Shown in pieces: positions 45,012 to 54,900 of a stretch of DNA of 64,000 nt (its first letter is position 1; each line of letters opens with the position of its first letter). The notes under the pieces were generated by a model that searched no databases, was not told the origin of the DNA, and saw nothing but the letters and a program-made list of their open reading frames with translations. The stretch is from positions 94,732-158,731 of the forward strand of contig CANRIT010000001.1 in the NCBI GenBank assembly GCA_947630745.1. The letters are read 5' to 3'. The translations under genes were made by a program, and so were the position numbers. This DNA comes from an uncultured Clostridia bacterium. GTDB taxonomy: Bacteria > Bacillota > Clostridia > Christensenellales > UBA1242.

Positions 45012-45138
45012 CTACAATATACCCCATTATTCGACATGTGAACTAAAATAACTAAAAAATTACAAAAAATTAATAAAAAATATTAAAAAAATCAACACGA
45101 ATGCTGATTTTTTTTAATATAATGAATTAATTTTGATT

Positions 45139-45636
45139 TTATTTTAGATTTTCCAACTCTTTTTCCAACTTTTCAAGGCGGGCTGGGTTTTCCAAATCAT
45201 TTAACAAAAATTTGCCCAAACCGTTCAACTCTTGAATATCCTTTTTGGCGGTGCGATATTGCAGCTCAACATCTTTTGGGTCAACAAATATAGCTGCTTG
45301 ACTTATTTCCGCCATGCTTTTGCCAATAACATTTGAACCAAATTGCGTTTCAATCGCAAAAGTGCCAGAGTATGCGTTGCCAGTTTTGTGCAATTTAAAC
45401 GAAGTGGTGTCGAACTTCTTTTCAGTTGAAATTTTTGTAATTACAATCCCTTTGTCGTGAACAAACGAGCCAACAATCAAAAAACACTTGCTTGAATTGT
45501 CGTTTGTTTCGTACGCCACGCCAAAAATTTTGTTATCCTTACAGATGAATTGACCAACCCATTTGCCGTCAAGCGGAACTGAGGTGGGTTTTGTGTCCAA
45601 TTGCCAAGAGCAAGAAATGTTGTAAACCTTGTCCAT
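45139..45636 (-). CDS. Hypothetical protein (165 aa)
   Basis: ORF with AAAGGAG before ATG 45636. C-terminal coiled-coil-like LEKLEKELENLK. Confidence 0.55.
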   Translation of the reverse strand: MDKVYNISCSWQLDTKPTSVPLDGKWVGQFICKDNKIFGVAYETNDNSSKCFLIVGSFVHDKGIVITKISTEKKFDTTSFKLHKTGNAYSGTFAIETQFGSNVIGKSMAEISQAAIFVDPKDVELQYRTAKKDIQELNGLGKFLLNDLENPARLEKLEKELENLK

Positions 45637-45769
45637 ATTTTGCTCCTTTTACCTACTAAATTAATTATAATACAAAAAAATCGCGCTGTCAATACCAAAT
45701 TTGAAAATTTTTTCCATATTTAGTTAAAATTTTATGGATTTTATCAATATATAGTTATAAAATAGGGTA

Positions 45770-45798
45770 TTGACAAAACTATCGTAGTGTGGTAAAAT
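45770..45798 (+). promoter_or_regulatory. Promoter TTGACA-17-TAAAAT, 6 nt before ATG 45805 (leaderless geometry)
   Basis: TTGACA 45770..45775, TAAAAT 45793..45798, gaaagt, ATG 45805. Confidence 0.55.
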
Positions 45799-45804
45799 GA
45801 AAGT

Positions 45805-46692
45805 ATGAAGAATGTTAAAGTAAAATTAGTTAAAAAAGGGAGAAGGCTAAGGCGACTTAGAAGGATACTTGCTGGACTTGGAATTGGTTTTGTTGGCTTG
45901 GTTGGCACACTTGTAATTTATAACTCAGCCAGGTCGTGCGCAGTAAAAAATGAAGATTTAACCATTGACCCATTCTCTCCCCAAAATGTGTTTGACGAAG
46001 ATTTGGAATTTGACGACAACGGGCAAATTGTGTTTGACACCTTTTCTGATGAAGAAAAAGAAGTGCTAGACAAACAAATTAAAGGTTTTGTTTTGCAAGA
46101 TGCAAACAATTTGCTTAATAACAAAAAGATTGAAAGGGTTGACAACATTTTGTCAATCAACTATTTTCCATCCAATTCGTACAGCGAAAGTCCACAAAAA
46201 TACTACCTTTCAATTTTGTTTTCGGACGGAGATAAAAACTATACTATAAATTATTTTACAAGCGAAAAATTTACAAGCACAGAAGAGATTACCAAAAATT
46301 ATTTTACTGATTTTATTGACTATTTAAGTTACGATTGCGCGCTGTATAGGTGCGAAGAGATGACCGAGCTTGGGCAAGAAATTGCAACCAAAATGGGCGA
46401 TGATGTATGCTTTGTTGGAAATACCTATGGGGGGTATACAACAAGCGATGCGGTATACTGTATACCGGTATATTATGCAGACGGAAATTGCTCGCTTTAT
46501 TACGCAACAAAATCGCTTATTGATATGGACGACTTAAATCCAATGCAGCAACTTAGTGACGAACTTACCCAAGATGTTGAAAATATATTGTTTGAAAGCT
46601 CACCTTGTGAAAAGGATGAAGAGATTGAAAAGATTTTAGAAATTTACAACAACATTTCAAAGATAGAAAAGGGCGAAGACTTGTCAAAATAA
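45805..46692 (+). CDS. Hypothetical N-terminally membrane-anchored protein (295 aa)
   Basis: Arg-rich KKGRRLRRLRR followed by the TM span ILAGLGIGFVGLVGTLVIY. The remainder is acidic and unrecognised. Confidence 0.6.
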   Translation: MKNVKVKLVKKGRRLRRLRRILAGLGIGFVGLVGTLVIYNSARSCAVKNEDLTIDPFSPQNVFDEDLEFDDNGQIVFDTFSDEEKEVLDKQIKGFVLQDANNLLNNKKIERVDNILSINYFPSNSYSESPQKYYLSILFSDGDKNYTINYFTSEKFTSTEEITKNYFTDFIDYLSYDCALYRCEEMTELGQEIATKMGDDVCFVGNTYGGYTTSDAVYCIPVYYADGNCSLYYATKSLIDMDDLNPMQQLSDELTQDVENILFESSPCEKDEEIEKILEIYNNISKIEKGEDLSK

Positions 46693-46784
46693 GGGCAGCA
46701 AATTTACTGCTCTTTTTTTAATTTTTAAGAAAAAAATAGAAAGTTTTTGAAAATTTTTTAAAATGCAAAACAAAAAAGGCGGGA

Positions 46785-49700
46785 TTAATTTTTACCGCTC
46801 TTTTTCTTATGCTTAAATATTGCAACGCCAATTAGGCAGATGGCAACTATAATAATTGCAGATGACACATAGGTTGAATAGTCAATCCAGCTGTCGTTTG
46901 AAGTGGTGATGTAAAATTCGCCCAATTGCGAACTAGAAATCAGCAAACTGCCGTTTTCAACTTTGCGGCTGGATATTAGTTGCACTTCGCCGTCCGCCAT
47001 GCGCTGATACACATATATATTGCTGCTGTTGTAAATTTTGTCAGAAAGTTTTAGTGTGATTGAAAATTGTCCGTTTAAGTCAACTTGTTCATCGCCATTT
47101 TCAACCCAAATGTCAAGCAGCATACACGATTGTTGATTTTTCATTTTAAATGTGCGGCTGCTTAAATTTGATGTTGTTACATTAAGCGAATAATCTTCAT
47201 ACAGATTTGCCTTGTTTGTTGACAAAACCACACCGTTGCTTGCAATCTGCTTGTTTGTTATGTTTGCACTAAGCCCAACTGGAATAATCAAATTGTAATT
47301 TTCCGCCTTGCTGCCAGCCAAAGTTATGTCATGCAATTTTACACCTATGTTTGTGCCAACTTGACTTGAAGCAAACTCAGCACAATTTTCACTGTCGTAC
47401 ATCAAACTTACATCATTGTCTATCAAGCCAGACACATATGGATTTCGCAAAATTGCGCGCGTTGTTCCGTCATACACCTTGTCAAAAATTGTGGTTATTA
47501 AATAGGCGTCTTTTTTGGCAATCGTCAATTTCGCGTCCAACATGGTCACGCTGTAATTAGGGTGATAAACCCCACAAACAAGTGGATATTCGCCAACATC
47601 ATCGCCCAACATGCGGGTGATGTTTCCGTACAGCACATCGCCGTTGATAAGCTTTTGCTCGCTTATAATTTGATAGTCAAACTTAGGGTCGTTCTGCCCA
47701 TAAATTTTTGTGTAGTCTTTGCTTGCAATCGTAATTTCAAGTGGCAGAATTTCCACAGTGCTGGCAATGAATGTTATCCTATAATTTTTGTTGATTGTAA
47801 GCGCGCTTATTATATTGTACACGCGCACATTATTGCCCGATTCGCGATAGATTTCGCCCTTAATTGTGTCGCCATCCAAAAGTTCGCCCGACTTGATGTG
47901 GTAGGTGAGTTCGGGTTCTGGGTCGCCATAATGTATTGCAATTGGACCATCCGCCTCCACAACAATTTCGCGCGGAAGAATGGTGAAATAATAATCGCCA
48001 AATATAATTGAATAGTTGTCGTTTGTTGGGTTTGATGGCACATAACAGCTCATTTTATATTTGCCAACTTCTTCACCCGCAACACGGCTAAGCGAAATTG
48101 TAAGGCTGTCTTCGCCCACCAATTGTTCGCCAACATCAAAGGTTAATTCGCCATCCAAATATCCATATTGTTTGGATAAATTGTTTGGCACAATTTCAAT
48201 TTCTCGCGGGGTGATAACCAAACTGTTTGCCACATAGCTTACAATATAATTTTCGTTTAAAGTCAGCTGGTTGTCAATTAGGTAACTTCCAACCGATTCG
48301 CCTTCCGCTCTAACAAGTTTGCCGCTTGCAGTGTCGCCAAATGGAAGTTCATCACAACTGAAACTATATTTAAGTTCTGGGTCGCTATCCCCATAATTTT
48401 TGCTTGCCGACAAGGCGTAAATGGTAACTTCTTTCTTTTTAATTTCCATTTTGCCCGCTTCAAATGTAAGGTCGTAATTTTTGCCAAGCGAGAAGCTGCC
48501 TTGTTCAATATCGTAAAAACCAATTGTTTCGCCTTCGTCTCTTTTCATTTCGCCCGTGATAATATCTTCAAGCCGGTCGTTGTTTTTTAAATAGCCAGAG
48601 GTGATAATAAAATCAAAAGTTGGGTCGGCGTTGCCATAAACCTTTTCTATATCGTCATACACCTTTATGCTGATTGGTGCAGGTGAAATTGTAAGGTTGG
48701 CCGGCACAAAGCTGATTGTGTAGCGCGAATCGTTTGTGGTGGTGCAAATCAATTCGTAACTACCAACATCTTCGCTGTACTCACTGCGGCGGATTTGAAC
48801 ATACAATTTTTCGTTTTCCACCTCGCCTTCAACATCATATTTAAACTCTGGGTCGTCATCGCCATAAACTTTTGTTGCGTCACGGCAAATTACATTAACT
48901 GGTCGTTTGTTGATAATAAAGTTTTGGTCGTCATCCAACACAAGCACGTAGTTGTCGCCAACTGATAGGGTGGATAAATCGTATGGGTAAACCCCAACAT
49001 ATTCTCCGCTTTGGCGAGATATATAACCCGTAAACACATCTTGTTGTTTTTCGTTGAATGCAAGTTCGGTTAACAAGTTGTAATCAAAAGTTTCTGGTTC
49101 GGCATCGCCAAAATATTTTTCTTTGTGCGGAATTTGAATGTGCAGCCGTTTTGGTTTAATTTCAAAATAGCCGCTTGTTAGTGTGATGTTGTAATTTGGA
49201 TTTGTTTGGTTGTTAAGCGTGTCAAGATAGTAGGCGAAGTTGCCAACATTTTCACCTTCTTCACGCCCAATTTCGCCCACCAATTGTTCGCCAGCCACAA
49301 TGTTTTTAACCGTATATGTAATGTCTGGGTCTGGGCTGCCATAAAACTTGCTTAAATAATCAACCGTTATAACAACATCCCTTTTTGAAACAACAATTTC
49401 TGTGTTTTTATAGTTGTAGACAAAGGTGTAATTTTTATCTTCGCCCAACACGCCGCATCTAACAACTTTAACAGACGAATTGCCACAATTTAAATTGGTT
49501 AAATTTGCATCAAGTTGAAGTTTGAAGTCAACATTTTTTATATTGTTGGTGTAACTAACCGTGTAGTCCGCATGCGCGGTGCCGTCATATTGTTTATCCA
49601 AAAATTGAATGTCAACTGTAATTTCGCGCTTAACAATTTCAAACAGATTGCCAGTGAAAACCACTTCATAATCTGGATTAGATACATCGCCTTGCAAAAT

Positions 49701-51974
49701 ACTATATAGCGCAGCATCTTCGCCCGCAACGCGCGTTAGTTTGCCAGTCAAGCTGTCGCCATTAACAAGGTTGGAAACAGAATAACTAAGTTCTGGGTCG
49801 TCATCGCCATATGTTTTTGATTTGCTGTCTGCGGTTACATAGACTGGGCGTTTAACAATTTCGCAATTTGCGCCCACAAAGCTGATTTGATAGTTAGGGT
49901 TGTTTAAACTGCCAAGCAGAATTTGTCGCGTGCCAACATGATAGTTGTCAACTGCAAGTTCGCCCGTAAGGTTATCAAAGCTTAACAGCCCGTCAACCTT
50001 GTAATCCAAATTTAATTTTTCGCCATACATCCTAACGCTGTCAATTGCGGTTACGGTAAGCTGCCGTTTAAGAATGTCACCATAAATAGGTAGGGCGTAA
50101 TCTTGTATTGTGTAATTATCTTTGTCCGCGCCGCTTAGTTCAATGTTAGTGACATATGCTTCCACACTAAAACCAGCATTGCTTGTTACAAATCGCCCGC
50201 TTATGCTTGCCGACACATCTTCGCCGTTATAAATGTTTGCTAGCCGCGCGCTTATTGTTGCATTTGAATTGCCGTCATAAATCTTTTCGTTTACGTTCAA
50301 GCCTTCCAAGCGCAGCACGCGTTGAGTAATTTCAAACAATTCGATGTTGTTAAATATGATGTTGTAATTTGGATTGCTTTCAACTAAGTCGCCAATTGTA
50401 AAGGCGTATGTTCCAATTTCTTCGCCTTGTTCGCGCTGCAAATGGCCTTCCAGTCTACTTTGTCCGTCAGCCAAATTGGATGCAACAAAGCTTAGTTCTG
50501 GGTCAACATCGCCGTACTGCTTTTGCGTTTTGTTTGGCGTAACAATTGTGTCGCGCTTAATAATTTCGCCATACGAAATTGGGATTGCATTTGTTTTTAA
50601 ACTATCCAAGCCCTTAACAACATAAATATCGCTGTTTTTGCCGTCAAGCGCAATGTCGTCACCAGTAACAATAATGGTTTTGCCTTTCCCCACATTTGCA
50701 TCCGCGAACGAATAGGTAACATTTTTAAGTCCAACTTCATGCCCTTCCTCCACATCGCCATCAGCAAACAAAACTTTTATATTGTCGCTATTGATTTCGG
50801 TTTTGCCGTCATAGATGCGGTTTCGCACTTCCAGACCAGTTATGGTTATCTCTTTTGTAAACTTGGCAAATATGTAGTCGCCGCGATGAATCCTTGTAAG
50901 CAATGTTGGCTCGGTTGAAACTGGTTCTTCGCTGCCATTTACATACCAGCCCAAAAAGTTATATCCTTTGTTTGGCATTACCGATAGGGTGATATATCTA
51001 TTTTCTGTATAAACGCCTTCGCCTGTAAACACGGCTGGGTTTTTAAAGTCGCTATGCACCTGCACCCTTATGCCGTCAGTTATTGTAAGGGTAACATAGT
51101 TAGATGATTGAATTATTTCTTGCGAATAGGTGTTTTTGTTTGAATACACTCTAAACACAATAGTTTCGCCAATTGGCGCATCGTCTTTAATAACAAAGCT
51201 GTCACCAATAATTTTAACATAATCTTCACCAGAAACAAACTCATAGTTTATTTGGTGATGCTTTTTTGCGTAGTACATAAAGTTGCCAGATGATTGCCCA
51301 GTAAGGTGGGTGATGTCGTTGTACGCGTTTATTTTTAAGGTTTGGCCCGGCGACACTTCTTGGTCGGCTTGGTCAAGCGTAATTGAATTTATTTCGGTGT
51401 GAATATAAATGGTTGGCTCATCCATTTGGAATTGCACCTTTCCATCTTGCAGGGTTGAAAAGCGGAATTCTATATCATCATTAATGTTGGTAATTGGCAG
51501 CAGTGGGGAGACAAGCAAACAACTTCCGCCATCATCAAATTCGCTTTGCACTTCGCACGAAGATTCGCCCGCGGAAAGCGTAATTTTTAAATTTGTGTTT
51601 TTGTTTACCGTCACTTTTGCTGTGGCTTGTGCGTAAAGCAAGCCGTTTGCAATAAATGGCTCCATATCCATTGATGCGTGATATGTGCTGCTGCCGCTTG
51701 CTGGTTGTGAGCCGTCGTTTACAATAGAATAATATTCGCCGCCGCAATCTTTATAGGTTGCGTTTACAAGCGTGCTGTTTTCGCTGTCGTCAACAAAATA
51801 GTGTCTTGGCTTGCTATTTACAAAGCCAGTAAGGGTGATTTTTTTACCCGACACATTCACAATGGATGCAGCGTCAACTTTGTTAATTCTGTTAAAATAG
51901 CTAGGCATAGGAAAAAGTACGCAGGCAATTGCCAGCAACAAAATTATTATTACAAATTTTAGTTGTTTTTTCAT
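46785..51974 (-). CDS. Giant surface protein (1729 aa): signal peptide, Listeria-Bacteroides (InlB B-type) repeat, YDG/MBG-type repeats, C-terminal TM anchor
   Basis: N-terminus MKKQLKFVIIILLLAIACVL. GYNFLGWYVNG motif. At least 11 repeats of the type xYGDxDPELxY...G.L.R..GE.VG.Y and at least 4 of the type K(I/V)YDG. C-terminus SSAIIIVAICLIGVAIFKHKKKSGKN with no LPXTG. Confidence 0.8.
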   Translation of the reverse strand: MKKQLKFVIIILLLAIACVLFPMPSYFNRINKVDAASIVNVSGKKITLTGFVNSKPRHYFVDDSENSTLVNATYKDCGGEYYSIVNDGSQPASGSSTYHASMDMEPFIANGLLYAQATAKVTVNKNTNLKITLSAGESSCEVQSEFDDGGSCLLVSPLLPITNINDDIEFRFSTLQDGKVQFQMDEPTIYIHTEINSITLDQADQEVSPGQTLKINAYNDITHLTGQSSGNFMYYAKKHHQINYEFVSGEDYVKIIGDSFVIKDDAPIGETIVFRVYSNKNTYSQEIIQSSNYVTLTITDGIRVQVHSDFKNPAVFTGEGVYTENRYITLSVMPNKGYNFLGWYVNGSEEPVSTEPTLLTRIHRGDYIFAKFTKEITITGLEVRNRIYDGKTEINSDNIKVLFADGDVEEGHEVGLKNVTYSFADANVGKGKTIIVTGDDIALDGKNSDIYVVKGLDSLKTNAIPISYGEIIKRDTIVTPNKTQKQYGDVDPELSFVASNLADGQSRLEGHLQREQGEEIGTYAFTIGDLVESNPNYNIIFNNIELFEITQRVLRLEGLNVNEKIYDGNSNATISARLANIYNGEDVSASISGRFVTSNAGFSVEAYVTNIELSGADKDNYTIQDYALPIYGDILKRQLTVTAIDSVRMYGEKLNLDYKVDGLLSFDNLTGELAVDNYHVGTRQILLGSLNNPNYQISFVGANCEIVKRPVYVTADSKSKTYGDDDPELSYSVSNLVNGDSLTGKLTRVAGEDAALYSILQGDVSNPDYEVVFTGNLFEIVKREITVDIQFLDKQYDGTAHADYTVSYTNNIKNVDFKLQLDANLTNLNCGNSSVKVVRCGVLGEDKNYTFVYNYKNTEIVVSKRDVVITVDYLSKFYGSPDPDITYTVKNIVAGEQLVGEIGREEGENVGNFAYYLDTLNNQTNPNYNITLTSGYFEIKPKRLHIQIPHKEKYFGDAEPETFDYNLLTELAFNEKQQDVFTGYISRQSGEYVGVYPYDLSTLSVGDNYVLVLDDDQNFIINKRPVNVICRDATKVYGDDDPEFKYDVEGEVENEKLYVQIRRSEYSEDVGSYELICTTTNDSRYTISFVPANLTISPAPISIKVYDDIEKVYGNADPTFDFIITSGYLKNNDRLEDIITGEMKRDEGETIGFYDIEQGSFSLGKNYDLTFEAGKMEIKKKEVTIYALSASKNYGDSDPELKYSFSCDELPFGDTASGKLVRAEGESVGSYLIDNQLTLNENYIVSYVANSLVITPREIEIVPNNLSKQYGYLDGELTFDVGEQLVGEDSLTISLSRVAGEEVGKYKMSCYVPSNPTNDNYSIIFGDYYFTILPREIVVEADGPIAIHYGDPEPELTYHIKSGELLDGDTIKGEIYRESGNNVRVYNIISALTINKNYRITFIASTVEILPLEITIASKDYTKIYGQNDPKFDYQIISEQKLINGDVLYGNITRMLGDDVGEYPLVCGVYHPNYSVTMLDAKLTIAKKDAYLITTIFDKVYDGTTRAILRNPYVSGLIDNDVSLMYDSENCAEFASSQVGTNIGVKLHDITLAGSKAENYNLIIPVGLSANITNKQIASNGVVLSTNKANLYEDYSLNVTTSNLSSRTFKMKNQQSCMLLDIWVENGDEQVDLNGQFSITLKLSDKIYNSSNIYVYQRMADGEVQLISSRKVENGSLLISSSQLGEFYITTSNDSWIDYSTYVSSAIIIVAICLIGVAIFKHKKKSGKN

Positions 51975-51989
51975 ACCTTTTCCTTTTTG

Positions 51990-54900
51990 TTACAACCTTG
52001 ATGGTTGCCTAATGCCAAGCAAGATGCCTTGATTGTCCGTATATTTTTCCCATGGCTTAATAAATGGGGTGTTGTTGGTAAAGGTTATGCCACGCACTTC
52101 AAGTTTGCAGCTTACCACACCAAGCGAAATTATCCCGCTTACATATGCGTCGTTGTAGTTACATTTTGGATCTAGTTCGGTTCGGTCATATGATGCACTG
52201 CTGCCCCATTTTAAATCTTCAATATTGATTTTTGCCACGCCAAGGTGATAGTAATTTACATCATTATAAACAAACGACATGTTGGCTTGCCTTGATAAAA
52301 TGTCTTTAACTTGCCTTATAAGTGTTGGCATCAACACATCAAAGCCAAGCGCTTTTAACAGCTTTTCTATATCCTCGGTAAAGCCTTCAACCGCATCGTC
52401 AAGTGTAATCCAGTTGTAGAAGCGCACCGTGCCTTTTAAAATTAAGGTGTCTTCCTGACCAGAAACATTTTTCTTTGGATTTAATATTATGCCCGCCAAA
52501 AGGCTGTTTGAGAAAATGCAATCTTCCACAGTAAGCACGCTTGCCGGACCATCGTTGTTGTGTTCAAGTCGTATACCAGTCAGCGCATTGTTTAAGAACA
52601 AGCAGCCCTTAATTTCAACAACCGAGCGGTCAACAATAACGTTGATGTGGCCGTTTTCAATCCTTGAATTGTACAACAGCACACCAGTGGATGCAGTTAT
52701 GCCAAGCGTCGTGCCTTTTTCTTTTAATGTGCTAAGCGAATCTTTTTCGCCAAGGCCGTATCCCCTTAACACCACATTGTCCACAACCAGATTGTTTCTG
52801 TTAATTTCAAAGTGATATAGTAGCCCGCCAACTGCCACTTTTGAGTGGTCTAGCATGTAGCCATTGCCGTATAGGTTGGATAAAATAACTACTGTTTTGG
52901 TGTCGTCTGTATCTTCAATTATTATGTCGTTTTGAAGCACAAGCGCGGTGTAATTTTCATTTTTGCCTTTGTTTTCTTCTGAAAGCTGTGCGTATGCGAC
53001 CACGTACTGGTCAAAATTTTCCACATTAATGCCGTTTACAAAGGTGAATGTATAACTATTGCTTGTAACCAGCGCATCTTCATAAGGTGCAATTTGGCTA
53101 ACCGTTATTGTAACCTTGCCCGGCGACAATACTGTTACCAAACCATTTTGGTCAACCGTTGCAACTTGGCTGTTGTTTGATGTCCAAACCAGCAAGTTTT
53201 TAAGGTCGTTAGAAGGATTTGTTTTTGCTTCCATTTGATAGGTGTTGATAAACTTATTTGAACTGTCAAGGAAGCGGTTGCCAAACACTCTATATCCACC
53301 CATACCAAAATTGTCTTTGGATGTGGATGGAGTTAATTCTATATCCTTAATTTTGTCGTAGAAAGTAAATTCCTTTTCAATAGACATATCTTTGCCAATA
53401 ACTTTTGCAACAACTTTAACCGTGCCGCCTTGTTTGTTTAAGCCTTTAAGTCGATAGCCTTCATCGCGCTTTTCAAGTTTTGCAATGTCGTTATCTTCAA
53501 GGAAAAGTTCGTATTCAAAGTCTTCCGCATCAAAAGGTTGTGGAATAACAACTAGGTCAACATATTCGTTTACAAACATCTTGTCACGCGTTGCGCTAAA
53601 TTGAATGGATTTTAATTCTTTAGTATATTGTATAGTTATTGTTTTAGATATGGCTGGGTTGCTTACAACATAAACGGTAATTTTAACCGTGCCAAATTCT
53701 TTAAACACAACCACACCATTTGCGCCCACTTCGGCAATTTCACTTCCGTTGGCAGAATATCCAAGTTTGTTCTGGGTTGAATCACTTGGGTAAACAGTGG
53801 CGTCAATTGCGTACCGCTGTTGAGAGATGTAAATCTCAGTGTCGCCCCAAATAGTTATATCGGTTGCATCTTGTGTTACAACAAGGGAAATTTCTCTAAG
53901 CATAAGGTTGTTGACATATAGGTCAAAGATTGCGTTTCCGCCATGGTCAGCATAGATGGTGTCGGAGTCAAAGTGCGCAACCGATTTGTTTACATCCACC
54001 TTTGCTTCAAACATGTTTTTGATTGAGAAGGTTAAATTGTCGTTATCGCTAGGCAGCGTGCGAGACAAATTAAATTTAAAGTTTTCGCCCGCTTTTAATT
54101 TTATAACGCCATTTTCAATGCCAAGTTCGTTCAAACTTGCTTCAATCAAATTGTTGCCCGCGTAGTAGAAGGTGTAGGTCTTTGATATTTCGCCGTTTGA
54201 CTTGTCGTCACTGGTTATTTTTACCGTCACCCTGCCAATTTGATTAAACACAATTTTGTTGCCTTCCACTTTTGCAATGTCGCTTGAAAGTTCAAATTTA
54301 AGTGTGCGGATAAGCGCATCTTCTGGCACAAAGCGGGTGGTGAAACCAATTTCATTTTTGCTTGTTGTGTACGCGCTTTGATAGTAGTCAATTTTGTGGT
54401 CAAAGGTAAGGTCAAAACTTTCCACTGGGCTTAAAACTGTAATTTCGCAGTCGGCAAAAATTTCTTCCCCGCCATAATTATGGCTAAACACGCGCACTTT
54501 TGCCTTGCCGCCATAAATTGCTTCAATTGTGCCGTCAGCGGACAAACGAATAACTTCTTTATCGCTTCCGTCCGCCGCTTGGCTTGATAGAATTTTATAT
54601 TGAATATCTTTTGCTTGCGTGTCGGTTGGATATGCTTTAACATTTAAGGTTGTTGATTGATTTTTGTTTAAGGTTAAACTGCTGTTTTCAAGTTCAATTT
54701 TGTTTAGATAACCCATTGTGCTGGTAACTGAAATTGTCTTTTTAACATCGCTGCCGTCAGTTGAACTTACCACAACTTTAACCGTGCCTGGCTTTTTAAA
54801 CACAAGCACATTATCTTCAATTGTTGCAATGTCGTTAGGCAGTAATTCAAATGCCAAAGTTGCGTTTGTGGCATCGGCAGGAATTGCGCTTGCAACAATA

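Noticed and set aside
41962-45138. Canonical parS (TGTTNCACGTGAAACA) in or near parB
   Set aside because: No match was found by eye. Only half-site-like fragments occur, for example caacgtgaagat at ~43350 and acatgtgaac at ~45033. The divergent 14-bp palindrome is reported instead.
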